From an uncultured Rubripirellula sp. (GTDB lineage: Bacteria > Planctomycetota > Planctomycetia > Pirellulales > Pirellulaceae), in contig CALKGR010000003.1 of NCBI GenBank assembly GCA_938085445.1, forward strand, positions 1 to 64,000: DNA of 64,000 nt. Direction: 5' to 3'. A program made the position numbers and the translations under genes. Numbering within the stretch: position 1 is the stretch's first letter; each line of letters begins with the position of its first letter. This document shows positions 1 to 9,754 of the stretch, piece by piece. Under the pieces are notes generated by a model. The model saw nothing but the letters and a program-made list of their open reading frames with translations. It did not search any database and was not told the DNA's origin.

Positions 1-968
1 TCAGGATCAAAACACGCCGACAGTTGTTGTTCATTCTCACCAACCCGCAAGCACATCCCGCGCGTCACTCGTATCTTTTCTCCTTTGAAAACCCCGCATA
101 AAAGATTTCCAAGATCGGTGTCGTTCCAGCGTCCATCTGCCCAAGTCGGTTCAGATTGGTTTCCCCAATGCCCATCCTTACCGCCATCAAGCCCCGGAAA
201 CTCTGCCAATAGCCTCGGACGTGGTGTGACATCACGAAAATGCCGTGCCTGTTTGCGATAAAAGTCATAGAGTCGATCACGATTGACGTTCGCCTGCCAA
301 TTTGGCCAGCGTTCTGGTTCAAGCGGTTCACGCGGCATCGCGAACGTTTCAGGATGATGACCGTGCGAATGCAATAGCAAAGCATTAATCCCAGCCACGC
401 TGACTTTCTCGTGTTTGCCAAGGTCGGCTAAAAATGAGATTAAATCGTACTTGTCCTGCAACGACATGGTGGCCAACAAACCAACTGGCATCAGAGATCC
501 AACCGGCCTGATCGCTTCGATATCGTCTTGCTCTATCGAAATGGATTTTCCGGTAGCGGTATCGCGAATTACCAAGGTCGAATCATTTTCATCGATCCGA
601 TAACCTCGAAAAACACGACCATCCTGGTTCAGAACAGCAACCGCTTTGTATTCATCTGCTACCACGCGTTGCGGCCAGAATAAAGACTCAACAATATGAG
701 CAAGCTTCTGTTTCTTACCAACCTCACTCAAATCAGGACCGACCGATCCCCCATAATCACCAATTTTGTGACAAGACAAACACGCATTTGTCGGCGCCGA
801 ATAAATCACGGCTCCGCGCCCGGGGTTACCTTTCTTTTGCGAATCTGCAACCAAACTTTTCACTAGCTCAGCGTCGTACGGAAATTCGTCAGCCGCCACT
901 GATTCACCATCCCAAAACCAACTACTGAGCAGAAGAAATGTCGAAAACAGAAACAGTGAAAATCGCAT
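1..968 (-). CDS. Secreted putative heme-binding (cytochrome c) domain protein, probably DUF6797-containing; 3' end runs off the window
   Basis: Not in the ORF track because it is truncated. Partial manual translation from ATG at 968 gives signal peptide MRFSLFLFSTFLLLSS, then GNPGRGAVIY..ACLSCHKIGDYGGSVGPDL (CxxCH, planctomycete heme-binding domain). Later in the same frame: FPGLDGGKDGHWGNQSEPTWADGRWNDTDLG. Confidence 0.8.
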   Translation of the reverse strand, partial: MRFSLFLFSTFLLLSSWFWDGESVAADEFPYDAELVKSLVADSQKKGNPGRGAVIYSAPTNACLSCHKIGDYGGSVGPDLSEVGKKQKLAHIVESLFWPQRVVADEYKAVAVLNQDGRVFRGYRIDENDSTLVIRDTATGKSISIEQDDIEAIRPVGSLMPVGLLATMSLQDKYDLISFLADLGKHEKVSVAGINALLLHSHGHHPETFAMPREPLEPERWPNWQANVNRDRLYDFYRKQARHFRDVTPRPRLLAEFPGLDGGKDGHWGNQSEPTWADGRWNDTDLGNLLCGVFKGEKIRVTRGMCLRVGENEQQLSACFDP

Positions 969-1109
969 GAGCCACACCTGATGAGCGATTGGTATATCTG
1001 CAAAGAGCCGACGGCGATGTCGTGCCGTCCGCCATGATTTGTTTTTAAACAGCTTACTTGCCAACACTGAACGACCCGCCAAGGATTTTCCGGATGAGTC
1101 CAGGCAACC

Positions 1110-2093
1110 TTACTTTTTACCCGTTGGAATGTCGATCAGGATAGGACCTTTACTGGGCGTCTCGGCTGGCTCACTGATAGCAGCGCCTCCAAGCTTCTCA
1201 TCCCAATCAACAGCAAGTAACAAATCGAAACCCGGATTCTGTTCTTTCACTTGACATGAACAGGGCCCCACGACGAATCGCGATGCCATGGCAACAGTGT
1301 CACGAAAAATCCCCTTCCCAACCAGAGCATAAAGCACACGACCGCGGCCGATCACAGGAAATGCCATCGGCTCCTCAAGCGACTCAAGGTCAGGCTCGCT
1401 ACCCATCAACATTTCAAGAAAGAAGGCCTCTTTTGGATCTTTTCGATCCACGGTAATGATCGAAAAACCAAGCCTCAGCTCAATCGGATTCTCTGGCTGA
1501 AACAAATCGTCTTCCTCCAACTCATCCTGCGGAGGCAATTCAAGGGACTGCTGATTCTTTTTAACTTCCACCGTCAAACGTTCGAGAGCAGCTTTGTCCT
1601 GGGCCTTGTCACCGCAAGGCACAAACACCCAGACAGCTGAATCACCGGACAACAAACGTTTTGCCAGTTGTTGTCGCATAGGAGAATCGACTGAGCGTTG
1701 CACGATTTGGCTGCTCAACGGATGCACGCTCACAACCCGATCCGGAACCTCCTGTGCGTTCCTTGGATACAATGTGACTAGCAGCGGCTCACTGCCACTC
1801 TCGCGCTTTTTCCAAATATCTTGCAGCAAACTGTCTTTTGCCGCGCTGATTTCGATCATTCGGACATTGAAGTTGGCTGGTGTAGCCGATCGCAGATCGG
1901 CCTGTCGCAGCGTGTCGACTAAAGTAACCTCTTCAGCACTTAATTTTCCTTCATGCAACACCACCAACTCGTACGGATCTGCCGGCCACCGCTCGAGCGC
2001 GTACCTGAACACTGGCACGTTACAGGCGAGAGCAACCGAAGCCGCAAGGGTGCAAAATGTCCAGATAAGCGCGGTTGATTTTTGATTTTTCAT
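1110..2093 (-). CDS. Conserved exported hypothetical protein (ACNVPVFRYALERW ... GPCSCQVK family)
   Basis: 327-aa ORF with a signal peptide, co-oriented with its neighbours. Confidence 0.8.
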   Translation of the reverse strand: MKNQKSTALIWTFCTLAASVALACNVPVFRYALERWPADPYELVVLHEGKLSAEEVTLVDTLRQADLRSATPANFNVRMIEISAAKDSLLQDIWKKRESGSEPLLVTLYPRNAQEVPDRVVSVHPLSSQIVQRSVDSPMRQQLAKRLLSGDSAVWVFVPCGDKAQDKAALERLTVEVKKNQQSLELPPQDELEEDDLFQPENPIELRLGFSIITVDRKDPKEAFFLEMLMGSEPDLESLEEPMAFPVIGRGRVLYALVGKGIFRDTVAMASRFVVGPCSCQVKEQNPGFDLLLAVDWDEKLGGAAISEPAETPSKGPILIDIPTGKK

Positions 2094-2147
2094 AGCAAAC
2101 TCTGGGTGGGATAATCGCAGGGCAGGGCATCACTTTATTTTTCGTCT

Positions 2148-5100
2148 TTAGGGCACCTCAGATCGCTGTCGAGTCAACTCGACCCCCGAAAGCACAGGTT
2201 GTCCCATTTTTGCCTGAAAGCGGATGTCCAATTCTTCCCCAATCAGGATGTCGTCTAGTGCATGAACACAGCCCCGCGACTTATCATTGGAGGGGTCAAT
2301 TGTAACATCCGTAAGTACAAGCTTGTCCTGTACAAAAACGTCAAATACCCGCCGATCACGGACTTTGCGTCCCGGATCACCGAAGAAGAGACGCAATCGG
2401 TAACTTTCTTTGGGCTTTGACGCGTCTACTTTCGCCTCGGCATCAATGATCAACCTGGCGTGATTCTGCCCCGACTTGGAATAGGCAGCCAACTTTCGAT
2501 CACCCTCAACCGACAATAAAAAGGCGATAGAATTCCCTGGTTTCCAGTCTTTCCGCTGAATGATCGAGTGGATCAAGGGAGCAAGATTCGGGGTGCGGTG
2601 GGTCTTCCACTTCTGTGCCTGAGCCATCTCAAATTCCGGATTCCAAGAAACCGATTCGCTTGTGACCTTTCGCGATGACAAATTCTTTTCCGCCTTGGCA
2701 AAGCTCTTGGCGTTGCCGCTGTCTTCTACCGAAATGGTTAATTCGGCAGCTTCCTTGCCCGGTTCCGTGCTTGCAAACTCAATGTAAGCCTCACGAATCA
2801 CACTATCACGATGCATGCTTATGTCGTTGAATCGGAGCCCCAGAATTTGCCTACCGGATGCCTTGCTGAATTCAAAATCTTCACTAACCAAATCAACAGC
2901 ACCACTGGCATTCTCAATGGCATCATCATTCACATGTGCCACAGGGATACCCTTCTGCAACGAATACTCATCTCGAAGTTGCATCGCCATAGTCAAACGA
3001 GTAACACCCTCCAATCCCGATGACAGTACCCACGGATAGTCCGCTGAAGCAGCAAGCGAAGAATGATGGGTGAATACCTCCGTTTTTTCATTCCATTGCA
3101 ACTTTAAAGGCGGAGAAGGTCCAGCGTTCGCCGGATATTCAAGCCATAGCAATCCATTGGTATCACGTCGATCACCTGCCGCCCCAAAATTAATTCCAAC
3201 TCGATCAACTCGCTGACCATGTGTCTTCACCGAAGCTGCTGTGTTGACACTCCACAGCTCTACCTCAGGCATATGCACCAAGGCCAATGAGGTTTGGTTT
3301 TGATAAGCACAACTACAGGTTCGGGTGTAATCCGGCGCATTGAGTACGCCGTTGGCAACGATTAGGTTTGACGTGCATCCCGACTTAAAACCACCGAGAT
3401 TGCCCGTGCCCGCATTGGTCTGCAAATCGTAATACCCAGCTGCCCCTGAACGAAAAGTCAACAAGTTCTCACTCGCAACAATATTATTACAGCCATAAGC
3501 ACGTGTGATTTTCCACGGCTGCATCCGACCTGTAATCGGGTTGGCAACCAATTTCTGAGTACCATCCAGCAGATAAAAAGCTCCTGCAGATTCAGCGTAG
3601 GAATTTGTATTGGTGATGATTAAATCATTGTGCAAGATACAAGGGCCAGTGTATTTGAGAGACTCTTTCTTCCACCGAATCGAACCATCTGTAGCCGAGT
3701 GAACCGCCATTCCCTGACCCACTTCGCTTGAAAGTCGATCGCTTGCCGCTGCACCAGCTTGAAGTAAAAGGTCATGCTGCTCTGAATATCCAAGCCATGA
3801 CCCGAACACACCCTCATCCACCTGCCACTTGATTTTCCCAGTCAAATAATCCACTGCGATGATTCGATTGCCAGTCGCTGGTGATTTACCACGTCGCTTC
3901 AACGCTTCTTCGATAGGTGCTGGATTTCGGTCAAGACAATAGATCTGATCACCACCGGCAACAATGCCGTTATGCCAAAAGCTGTTGGTGGCATCGATTT
4001 TCCAAAGCACATCACCACTGTGCCGATCAAATGCGACAAGTCCCATGCTGGCAGCGCGATCCAAACTCTTGGAACCAAAGCCAGCGCGGTTCTTTTTCAG
4101 TTTTTTGTCTGATTCAAATGAAAGATCCAGTCGTTTTCGGTAAGAGGCAAAATCGAAACCGGCCAGCAGGACATCTTTGTAAATTCCGATGTAGCCCCAC
4201 TGCGGGTCAGATGACTTACTGGATGAAGGCAACTTGATGTCCGTTAGTGTTTTACCGCTCACACTATCCAACACGTGACAAACAGATCCCTCAACGATGT
4301 AAACCCGGTCTCCGGTCACTACGTAATTCGTGCCGCGTCCATTCGCTCCGGGGATATGAACCTGATTGTATTTGGTATCGAGTGGGGTATTGTCGTATGT
4401 CTCATCGTAGTAAACATCATCCGTTCCAAGATCCTTGAACTCACGTTTCCACAAAACGCGTCCTGTATAGACATCGCGAGCACTCAAGCTGTTCATCCCT
4501 TGAATGTACAGGCGGCCTTCGATCACCTGCTCGGGTGGCCCATGTCCATGACGGGGCAGAACATCCATGTTGCTGCTGCCACCAAACCACAACACCCCCA
4601 ACGGTAGTTTCACACGACGATCATCTGACTTGATTGAATTGGCAACATCGCCGTATTGATGGGTCCAGTCGGCCGATCCCGGTAGCGCGCCGACTCGTAT
4701 GACTGATACACCCTGGGAATGGATCTGCACTGTCGCTTGCTCAAGCTCCAGCGCCTCAATCTGTGCTGCAATCCGATCTCGATCAGTCTTTGCCAACACA
4801 TGCAACACACCACCATAGGGACGCACCGCATCATAAAGACGCTGTACGGCCGAAGGATCAAACCCACGTGCTTCGGTTGACTGCAAAAAAATCATATTCC
4901 CGACGTAACTCGGCAACATGGATTCATTCGCAGCGCCTACATGCACCGTGACTTTTCCATACTGTTGCTTTTGATCCAAGTCACGTCGCATCCGATCCAC
5001 TGACTCTGCATCTTCATCAATGATTGCAAGTTGCTCAAATGGTGACCTGGTAATGAGTGCTGCCACTTGGTCGTTGTCACATTTACCAAACCAAAATGCG

Positions 5101-6482
5101 TAACCAGACGGATCCCCAAGTGCCAACAAATCACTGATCGCCTGCTCTCCGCCCACCGATCTCTTCTGATGGTCATCTGCAACCACCTCAGAATCAGTGG
5201 CGACAGATTCCGACCGGTTTTTTGTTTTTCCATAAGCCGCAACACTTCCGTCGGCTGTCACTGTAAAAAGCTTGTCATCCGCTGCCACTAATCGCTGCAC
5301 CGGTTCTTCCGTGGTAATCTTGCTGACAATTTTGGCGGCTTCTGATTCACTAGGTAATGCAATAACCGAAATCGCTTTCTGTCCCGCTGCAACGAGATTA
5401 TCGCCCACAAGGATAAGATCACCGGACCCGTCTGCCTCGATCTCCCATATTTTTTTCTGTGCTTTGCTATAAGCACGTACCAAAGACTTTCCACCCTCTG
5501 TTTCAGCCGAATAAATTTTTCCGTTGTGCAGCACGGGTTCGCTAGGGGTGAACGATGTTTTCGCGCCTGTCGACAATCGAAAAGCTCGAGTGCCTTTCTT
5601 TCGTGTATGCACGTAAAAGTGCGTCTCATCAGCTGACACAAACGAGCCACCAATCCCTTTGCCTGCAGCATTGATTTCAAAATAGCGAAAACTGCCATCA
5701 CTACGATTGAACACAGCGGGAACCGAACGTCCCCCGGGAACTAGCAGAAACTTCTCTGTTGCTACCAAGGCGCCCTGTGGTGCCACGCCAGCGAACGACG
5801 GTGCACTGTGAGGCTGCTTGATGTACTGTGACCCCGTGCTGTCGTTCAACCACTCAACTTCTCCACTGTCTGCATCCAATCCGTAAAGGAAGGTGCCCAT
5901 GAAAGGCCAAATACTGGCAGCAAAATAAATCGTTCCATCACGGATCACCGGCCCACCACGCGCTGGCCAAGCCGATGTCAAACGACGGTTGCCGATCGCC
6001 TGTTGTCGGTTAGGAGCGCCATCAAATTTCCAACGAAGCTTTCCGCTATCAGGTTCAACACAATAAAGAAAACCATCATCACTGCAAAAGAAAATACCTT
6101 TCGGAGTTCCAACCGGCGGTAAGCGTACTGGCGCGTCAGCAAAGGTTGACCACAATTCCTGACCAGTGTCAGTGTCAAAGGCAGATACCTTGTCGCGATC
6201 ATTGAAACTTAAAAACAGCCTGTTGCCGACGACAATTGGTTCGAAGATACGATCGTATGTCATCAGATCGAGATTCAAAGGATCATCCCAAACCTGATTT
6301 CGAGGTTGCAGATTCTTTTGCCAGAGTAAATTGAGTTCTGCCGGCAAAGCACCTGCTGAGACAGCGGTGCGCTGAGCATTTCCACGCCACATCGGCCAAT
6401 CTTCTGCTACAACAGAGGACCGCAGGGACGACGATAAAATCAGCAAAACGAAAGCGATCAGGGATCGGTTCGGGGCTATCAA
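2148..6482 (-). CDS. Large secreted PQQ-binding-like (BamB-type) beta-propeller protein with C-terminal malectin-like domain
   Basis: 1444 aa. Signal peptide then DWPMWRG; repeated A.D..TG..LW blade motifs; second propeller starting DWTHQYGD; C-terminal YRLRLFF..RVFDVFVQ..PVLSGVE malectin-like motif. Confidence 0.85.
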   Translation of the reverse strand: MIAPNRSLIAFVLLILSSSLRSSVVAEDWPMWRGNAQRTAVSAGALPAELNLLWQKNLQPRNQVWDDPLNLDLMTYDRIFEPIVVGNRLFLSFNDRDKVSAFDTDTGQELWSTFADAPVRLPPVGTPKGIFFCSDDGFLYCVEPDSGKLRWKFDGAPNRQQAIGNRRLTSAWPARGGPVIRDGTIYFAASIWPFMGTFLYGLDADSGEVEWLNDSTGSQYIKQPHSAPSFAGVAPQGALVATEKFLLVPGGRSVPAVFNRSDGSFRYFEINAAGKGIGGSFVSADETHFYVHTRKKGTRAFRLSTGAKTSFTPSEPVLHNGKIYSAETEGGKSLVRAYSKAQKKIWEIEADGSGDLILVGDNLVAAGQKAISVIALPSESEAAKIVSKITTEEPVQRLVAADDKLFTVTADGSVAAYGKTKNRSESVATDSEVVADDHQKRSVGGEQAISDLLALGDPSGYAFWFGKCDNDQVAALITRSPFEQLAIIDEDAESVDRMRRDLDQKQQYGKVTVHVGAANESMLPSYVGNMIFLQSTEARGFDPSAVQRLYDAVRPYGGVLHVLAKTDRDRIAAQIEALELEQATVQIHSQGVSVIRVGALPGSADWTHQYGDVANSIKSDDRRVKLPLGVLWFGGSSNMDVLPRHGHGPPEQVIEGRLYIQGMNSLSARDVYTGRVLWKREFKDLGTDDVYYDETYDNTPLDTKYNQVHIPGANGRGTNYVVTGDRVYIVEGSVCHVLDSVSGKTLTDIKLPSSSKSSDPQWGYIGIYKDVLLAGFDFASYRKRLDLSFESDKKLKKNRAGFGSKSLDRAASMGLVAFDRHSGDVLWKIDATNSFWHNGIVAGGDQIYCLDRNPAPIEEALKRRGKSPATGNRIIAVDYLTGKIKWQVDEGVFGSWLGYSEQHDLLLQAGAAASDRLSSEVGQGMAVHSATDGSIRWKKESLKYTGPCILHNDLIITNTNSYAESAGAFYLLDGTQKLVANPITGRMQPWKITRAYGCNNIVASENLLTFRSGAAGYYDLQTNAGTGNLGGFKSGCTSNLIVANGVLNAPDYTRTCSCAYQNQTSLALVHMPEVELWSVNTAASVKTHGQRVDRVGINFGAAGDRRDTNGLLWLEYPANAGPSPPLKLQWNEKTEVFTHHSSLAASADYPWVLSSGLEGVTRLTMAMQLRDEYSLQKGIPVAHVNDDAIENASGAVDLVSEDFEFSKASGRQILGLRFNDISMHRDSVIREAYIEFASTEPGKEAAELTISVEDSGNAKSFAKAEKNLSSRKVTSESVSWNPEFEMAQAQKWKTHRTPNLAPLIHSIIQRKDWKPGNSIAFLLSVEGDRKLAAYSKSGQNHARLIIDAEAKVDASKPKESYRLRLFFGDPGRKVRDRRVFDVFVQDKLVLTDVTIDPSNDKSRGCVHALDDILIGEELDIRFQAKMGQPVLSGVELTRQRSEVP

Positions 6483-6542
6483 TGGAGATCCTCTATTAAT
6501 CCAACGAAAAACAAACTCACACCTTGCCCGAATGAACGACCA

Positions 6543-6572
6543 CGGTTCAGCTGATTATAATCGGCCGAACCG
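6543..6572. promoter_or_regulatory. 30-bp imperfect palindrome centred on a bidirectional TATAAT
   Basis: cggttcagctgatta|taatcggccgaaccg, 13/15 arm match. TATAAT reads on both strands, about 70 bp upstream of the minus-strand gene start at 6482. Confidence 0.45.
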
Positions 6573-6644
6573 CACATCGACCGCCGGCGATTGTTTTCTG
6601 TGTTCTCAACAGCACCGCGGCGTAATGAGCCCATGACAGTCGAA

Positions 6645-6762
6645 TCTGAGAGCTTCCTGAACGCTTTCGGGAGTTCCAGACTTTGGGGGTGGGAGTCAAT
6701 ATTATTGCACAGCCTGTCTACTCCTGTCAGCTCGGGGAGTAGACACGCTCCTAAACTCTCCC
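6645..6762 (+). other. Candidate structured non-coding RNA / cis element (two stem-loop domains)
   Basis: Hairpin 6645-6680 has ~15 bp with two bulges and G-U pairs. A perfect 10-bp inverted repeat tgtctactcc(6715-6724)/ggagtagaca(6736-6745) is nested inside gggagt(6691-6696)/actctc(6755-6760). Confidence 0.35.
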
Positions 6763-7063
6763 GCTAGCGTTGCTGAAAAATCCACGCACCTCTGTCAAGC
6801 GTCACGAGTTCACGGCCCTGTCTTCGTTATTCCGGCTCGCAAAGGTGAGGGCCTTGGTTCGTCGATGCGACCTAAGAGGGCTGGTAGCTGAGTTCATATG
6901 GCTTTGGTTCGACCAGACCGCCAGATTGCAGATCTAGCAAAATCGCCGGGTGTAGATCTATCCGTTGAGGAGCCAGTGCCAGAGCGGTTAAGGCAGCGAG
7001 AACGGAGCGATAACGCCTAGGTTAGGCATTGCCCTACACCGATGTTTTAAAAGATTACTTTCC

Positions 7064-8317
7064 ATGGACGTCCAAGAGAAGTTAGCTATTTTGGCCGACG
7101 CGGCGAAGTACGATGCTTCCTGCGCGAGCAGCGGCTCCAAAACAACACGAGCTGGCAGCAACATCGGTAGTACCGAGGGGATGGGGATTTGCCACAGTTA
7201 CACCCCCGATGGACGATGCATCTCGCTGCTGAAGATTCTGCTGACAAATTTTTGCATTTATGACTGTCAGTATTGTGTCAATCGAATTTCGAGTGACACA
7301 CCTCGGGCGAGATTCACTGTGCCAGAAGTAGTCTCGCTAACGCTTGATTTCTACAAACGGAATTACATTGAGGGTTTATTTTTGAGCTCCGGGATCATCC
7401 AGAACCCGGACTACACCATGGAACAACTGACCGAAGTGGCAAAAGTGCTGCGTCAGGAGCACAAGTACGGAGGTTACATTCACCTGAAAACAATCCCCAA
7501 CGCTAACGAGGATCTAATTGAGGAAGCGGGTCGCTGGGCTGACCGCTTGAGCGTAAACATTGAGTTGCCAACTGAAAACGATTTGGTGCAGTTGGCTCCC
7601 GAGAAAAAGAAACCAGTCATTGTGAATGCAATGCAAGGGATTTCAGAAAAGATCAGCGAGACACGCGCCGATCGCAAACGGGGATTTAAAAGCCCAAGCT
7701 TTGCCCCTGCTGGCCAAAGCACACAGATGATTGTTGGGGCAACGCCTACGCCTGACAGCAAGATTTTACAAACTGCATCCGAGCTTTACGGGGGGCAGAA
7801 ACTGCGGCGTGTGTATTACTCTGCCTACAGTCCAATCCCGCACGCTGATGCACGTCTACCCGGACAATCGCCACCGCTTGTGCGTGAGCATCGCCTTTAC
7901 CAAGCAGATTGGCTACTCAGGTTCTATGGATTCAAAGCAGCTGAACTTGTCACTGAAGCTGACCAGAATTTATCTCTCGAGGTCGATCCAAAACTTGCAT
8001 GGGCCCTCGCGAATCGCCACTGCTTCCCAGTTGATGTCAACACAGCATGTCGAGAGCAGCTACTTCGAATACCAGGTATTGGAGCCCGAAGCGTAAAACG
8101 CTTGTTAAGAATAAGACGGTTTCAGCACATTCGCACTTGTGATCTGAAAAAGCTGAAAGTCGCATGGAACCGGGCAAAATATTTTGTTCTGACCAGTGAC
8201 CACAACCCAGCACTGAAAAACCTCGACATGTTGGACCTCCAGCGGAAACTGCGCCCAGCTACTCAACAGTTGATGTTGTTCGATGCGATGCAGTCAGCCA
8301 CGTCAGGTGAGGTATAA
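7064..8317 (+). CDS. Putative DNA modification/repair radical SAM protein with helix-hairpin-helix (TIGR03916-like)
   Basis: N-terminus KLAILADAAKYDASCASSG; GICHSYTPDGRC; CxxxCxxC (CIYDCQYC); REHRLYQADWLLRFYGF; HhH LLRIPGIG. Confidence 0.93.
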   Translation: MDVQEKLAILADAAKYDASCASSGSKTTRAGSNIGSTEGMGICHSYTPDGRCISLLKILLTNFCIYDCQYCVNRISSDTPRARFTVPEVVSLTLDFYKRNYIEGLFLSSGIIQNPDYTMEQLTEVAKVLRQEHKYGGYIHLKTIPNANEDLIEEAGRWADRLSVNIELPTENDLVQLAPEKKKPVIVNAMQGISEKISETRADRKRGFKSPSFAPAGQSTQMIVGATPTPDSKILQTASELYGGQKLRRVYYSAYSPIPHADARLPGQSPPLVREHRLYQADWLLRFYGFKAAELVTEADQNLSLEVDPKLAWALANRHCFPVDVNTACREQLLRIPGIGARSVKRLLRIRRFQHIRTCDLKKLKVAWNRAKYFVLTSDHNPALKNLDMLDLQRKLRPATQQLMLFDAMQSATSGEV

Positions 8318-8323
8318 ACCGTC

Positions 8324-9754
8324 ATGCGGTTCATGCACGTGGCTTGTTTTGACGACTGGCGATCAGAAGCTCGAACGCTTTTGTCTGATGAGGTCTCACC
8401 CAGTGAGGTTCACTGGTCTCATGAAGACAACCAACTCGGACTGTTTGATCAGGTCGATTCAGGAACGACCACTGAAGAGAAATCCGATAGGAGCCTCAAT
8501 CGTGGCCGAAAATCACCTCGGGTCAGCGTCCCAACCTCTTTTCTTCAATTGGCTCGCCATGTCGCCTGTCATCGAGATCCTGCTCGATGGCAACTGCTTT
8601 ACCAAACCCTATGGAGAATTGTGCATGGTGAGCGGAGGTTGCTTGAAATCTCGACGGATGATGATGTTCACCGTCTGCAACTCATGAAGAAAGCGGTGAC
8701 ACGCGATGTACACAAAATGAAGGCCTTTGTGCGTTTCCGAAAACTAGAAGCAGACGCACCTTTCGAAATGTACATCGCTTGGCACCGACCAGACCACCTG
8801 ATCATGCGACTGGCGGCCCCCTTCTTCTCACGTCGATTTAAAGGAATGTCGTGGACTATTTTGACACCTCATGAATCGGCTCATTGGGATCAACAGCAAC
8901 TAACCTATGGACCTGGCCTGCCCGCAAGCGAGGCACCTCAGGCAGACGCGTTGGAGGATCTTTGGAAAACGTATTATGCGTCAATCTTTAATCCGGCTCG
9001 GATCAAAGTAGACATGATGAAACGTGAGATGCCTGTCCGACATTGGCCCACGCTACCCGAAGCAACTCTGATCGAAGACCTGATTCGCGACGCACCAATG
9101 CGTGTCAATCAAATGATTGAAAACCACGAGGGGTTCTCTGAAACTGGTGCTCATTATTTACCGACTGAGAAAGATCTCAAATCACTCCGTCAGTCTGTGA
9201 ACAACTGCAAGGCGTGTCACCTATGCAATGATGCGACCCAGGCTGTGTTTGGGGTCGGCCCAGATAACGCCCGTCTTGTTCTGGTGGGGGAACAACCGGG
9301 GGATCGTGAAGACATTGAAGGAAAGCCATTTGTGGGTCCCGCAGGGAAACTTCTCAATACATCGCTGCGTCAGGCAGGCATCGAACGCCACGATGTCTAT
9401 CTCACAAATGTGGTCAAACATTTCAAGTTCGAGCGGCGCGGAAAACGAAGGCTTCACCAAAAACCTGACTCCCGCGAAATCTATGCCTGCAGACCATGGC
9501 TCGAATCTGAACTCATGGCACTGCAACCTAAAGCAGTGATCTGCTTAGGTGCCACAGCAGCTCAAGCGTTGTTGGGCCGGGACTTTCGTCTCAGTCAACA
9601 GAGAGGTGGCATTCAAGTAACGGAATGGAGCGAAGGAACCATCGCCACTTGGCATCCCGCTGCCATCCTCCGCATGCCAGACGAGAATCGAAAACATGAA
9701 ATGATCGAGCAATTCGTGCAGGACCTCCAAAAGGGTAAGGAGATTCTTGAATGA
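8324..9754 (+). CDS. udgX: Fusion: DUF4130/TIGR03915 DNA metabolism domain + UdgX-family uracil-DNA binding protein
   Basis: N-half HKMKAFVRFR ... W..YYASIFNPARIK..MMKREMPVRHW..LPEA (DUF4130). C-half CKACHLC, GEQPGD, PFVGPAG, NVVKHFKF, KRRLH R-loop and HPAAILR. Confidence 0.9.
   Translation: MRFMHVACFDDWRSEARTLLSDEVSPSEVHWSHEDNQLGLFDQVDSGTTTEEKSDRSLNRGRKSPRVSVPTSFLQLARHVACHRDPARWQLLYQTLWRIVHGERRLLEISTDDDVHRLQLMKKAVTRDVHKMKAFVRFRKLEADAPFEMYIAWHRPDHLIMRLAAPFFSRRFKGMSWTILTPHESAHWDQQQLTYGPGLPASEAPQADALEDLWKTYYASIFNPARIKVDMMKREMPVRHWPTLPEATLIEDLIRDAPMRVNQMIENHEGFSETGAHYLPTEKDLKSLRQSVNNCKACHLCNDATQAVFGVGPDNARLVLVGEQPGDREDIEGKPFVGPAGKLLNTSLRQAGIERHDVYLTNVVKHFKFERRGKRRLHQKPDSREIYACRPWLESELMALQPKAVICLGATAAQALLGRDFRLSQQRGGIQVTEWSEGTIATWHPAAILRMPDENRKHEMIEQFVQDLQKGKEILE

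Noticed and set aside
65..603. Track ORFs 65..421(-) and 415..603(+)
   Set aside because: Off-frame or antisense shadows of the real heme-binding gene running from 968 off the left edge.
6598..6612. E. coli-type SOS box (ctgt..acag)
   Set aside because: The spacer is 7 rather than 8 nt and the site is ~450 bp from the repair operon; no TGTTC-N4-GAACA box was seen either.
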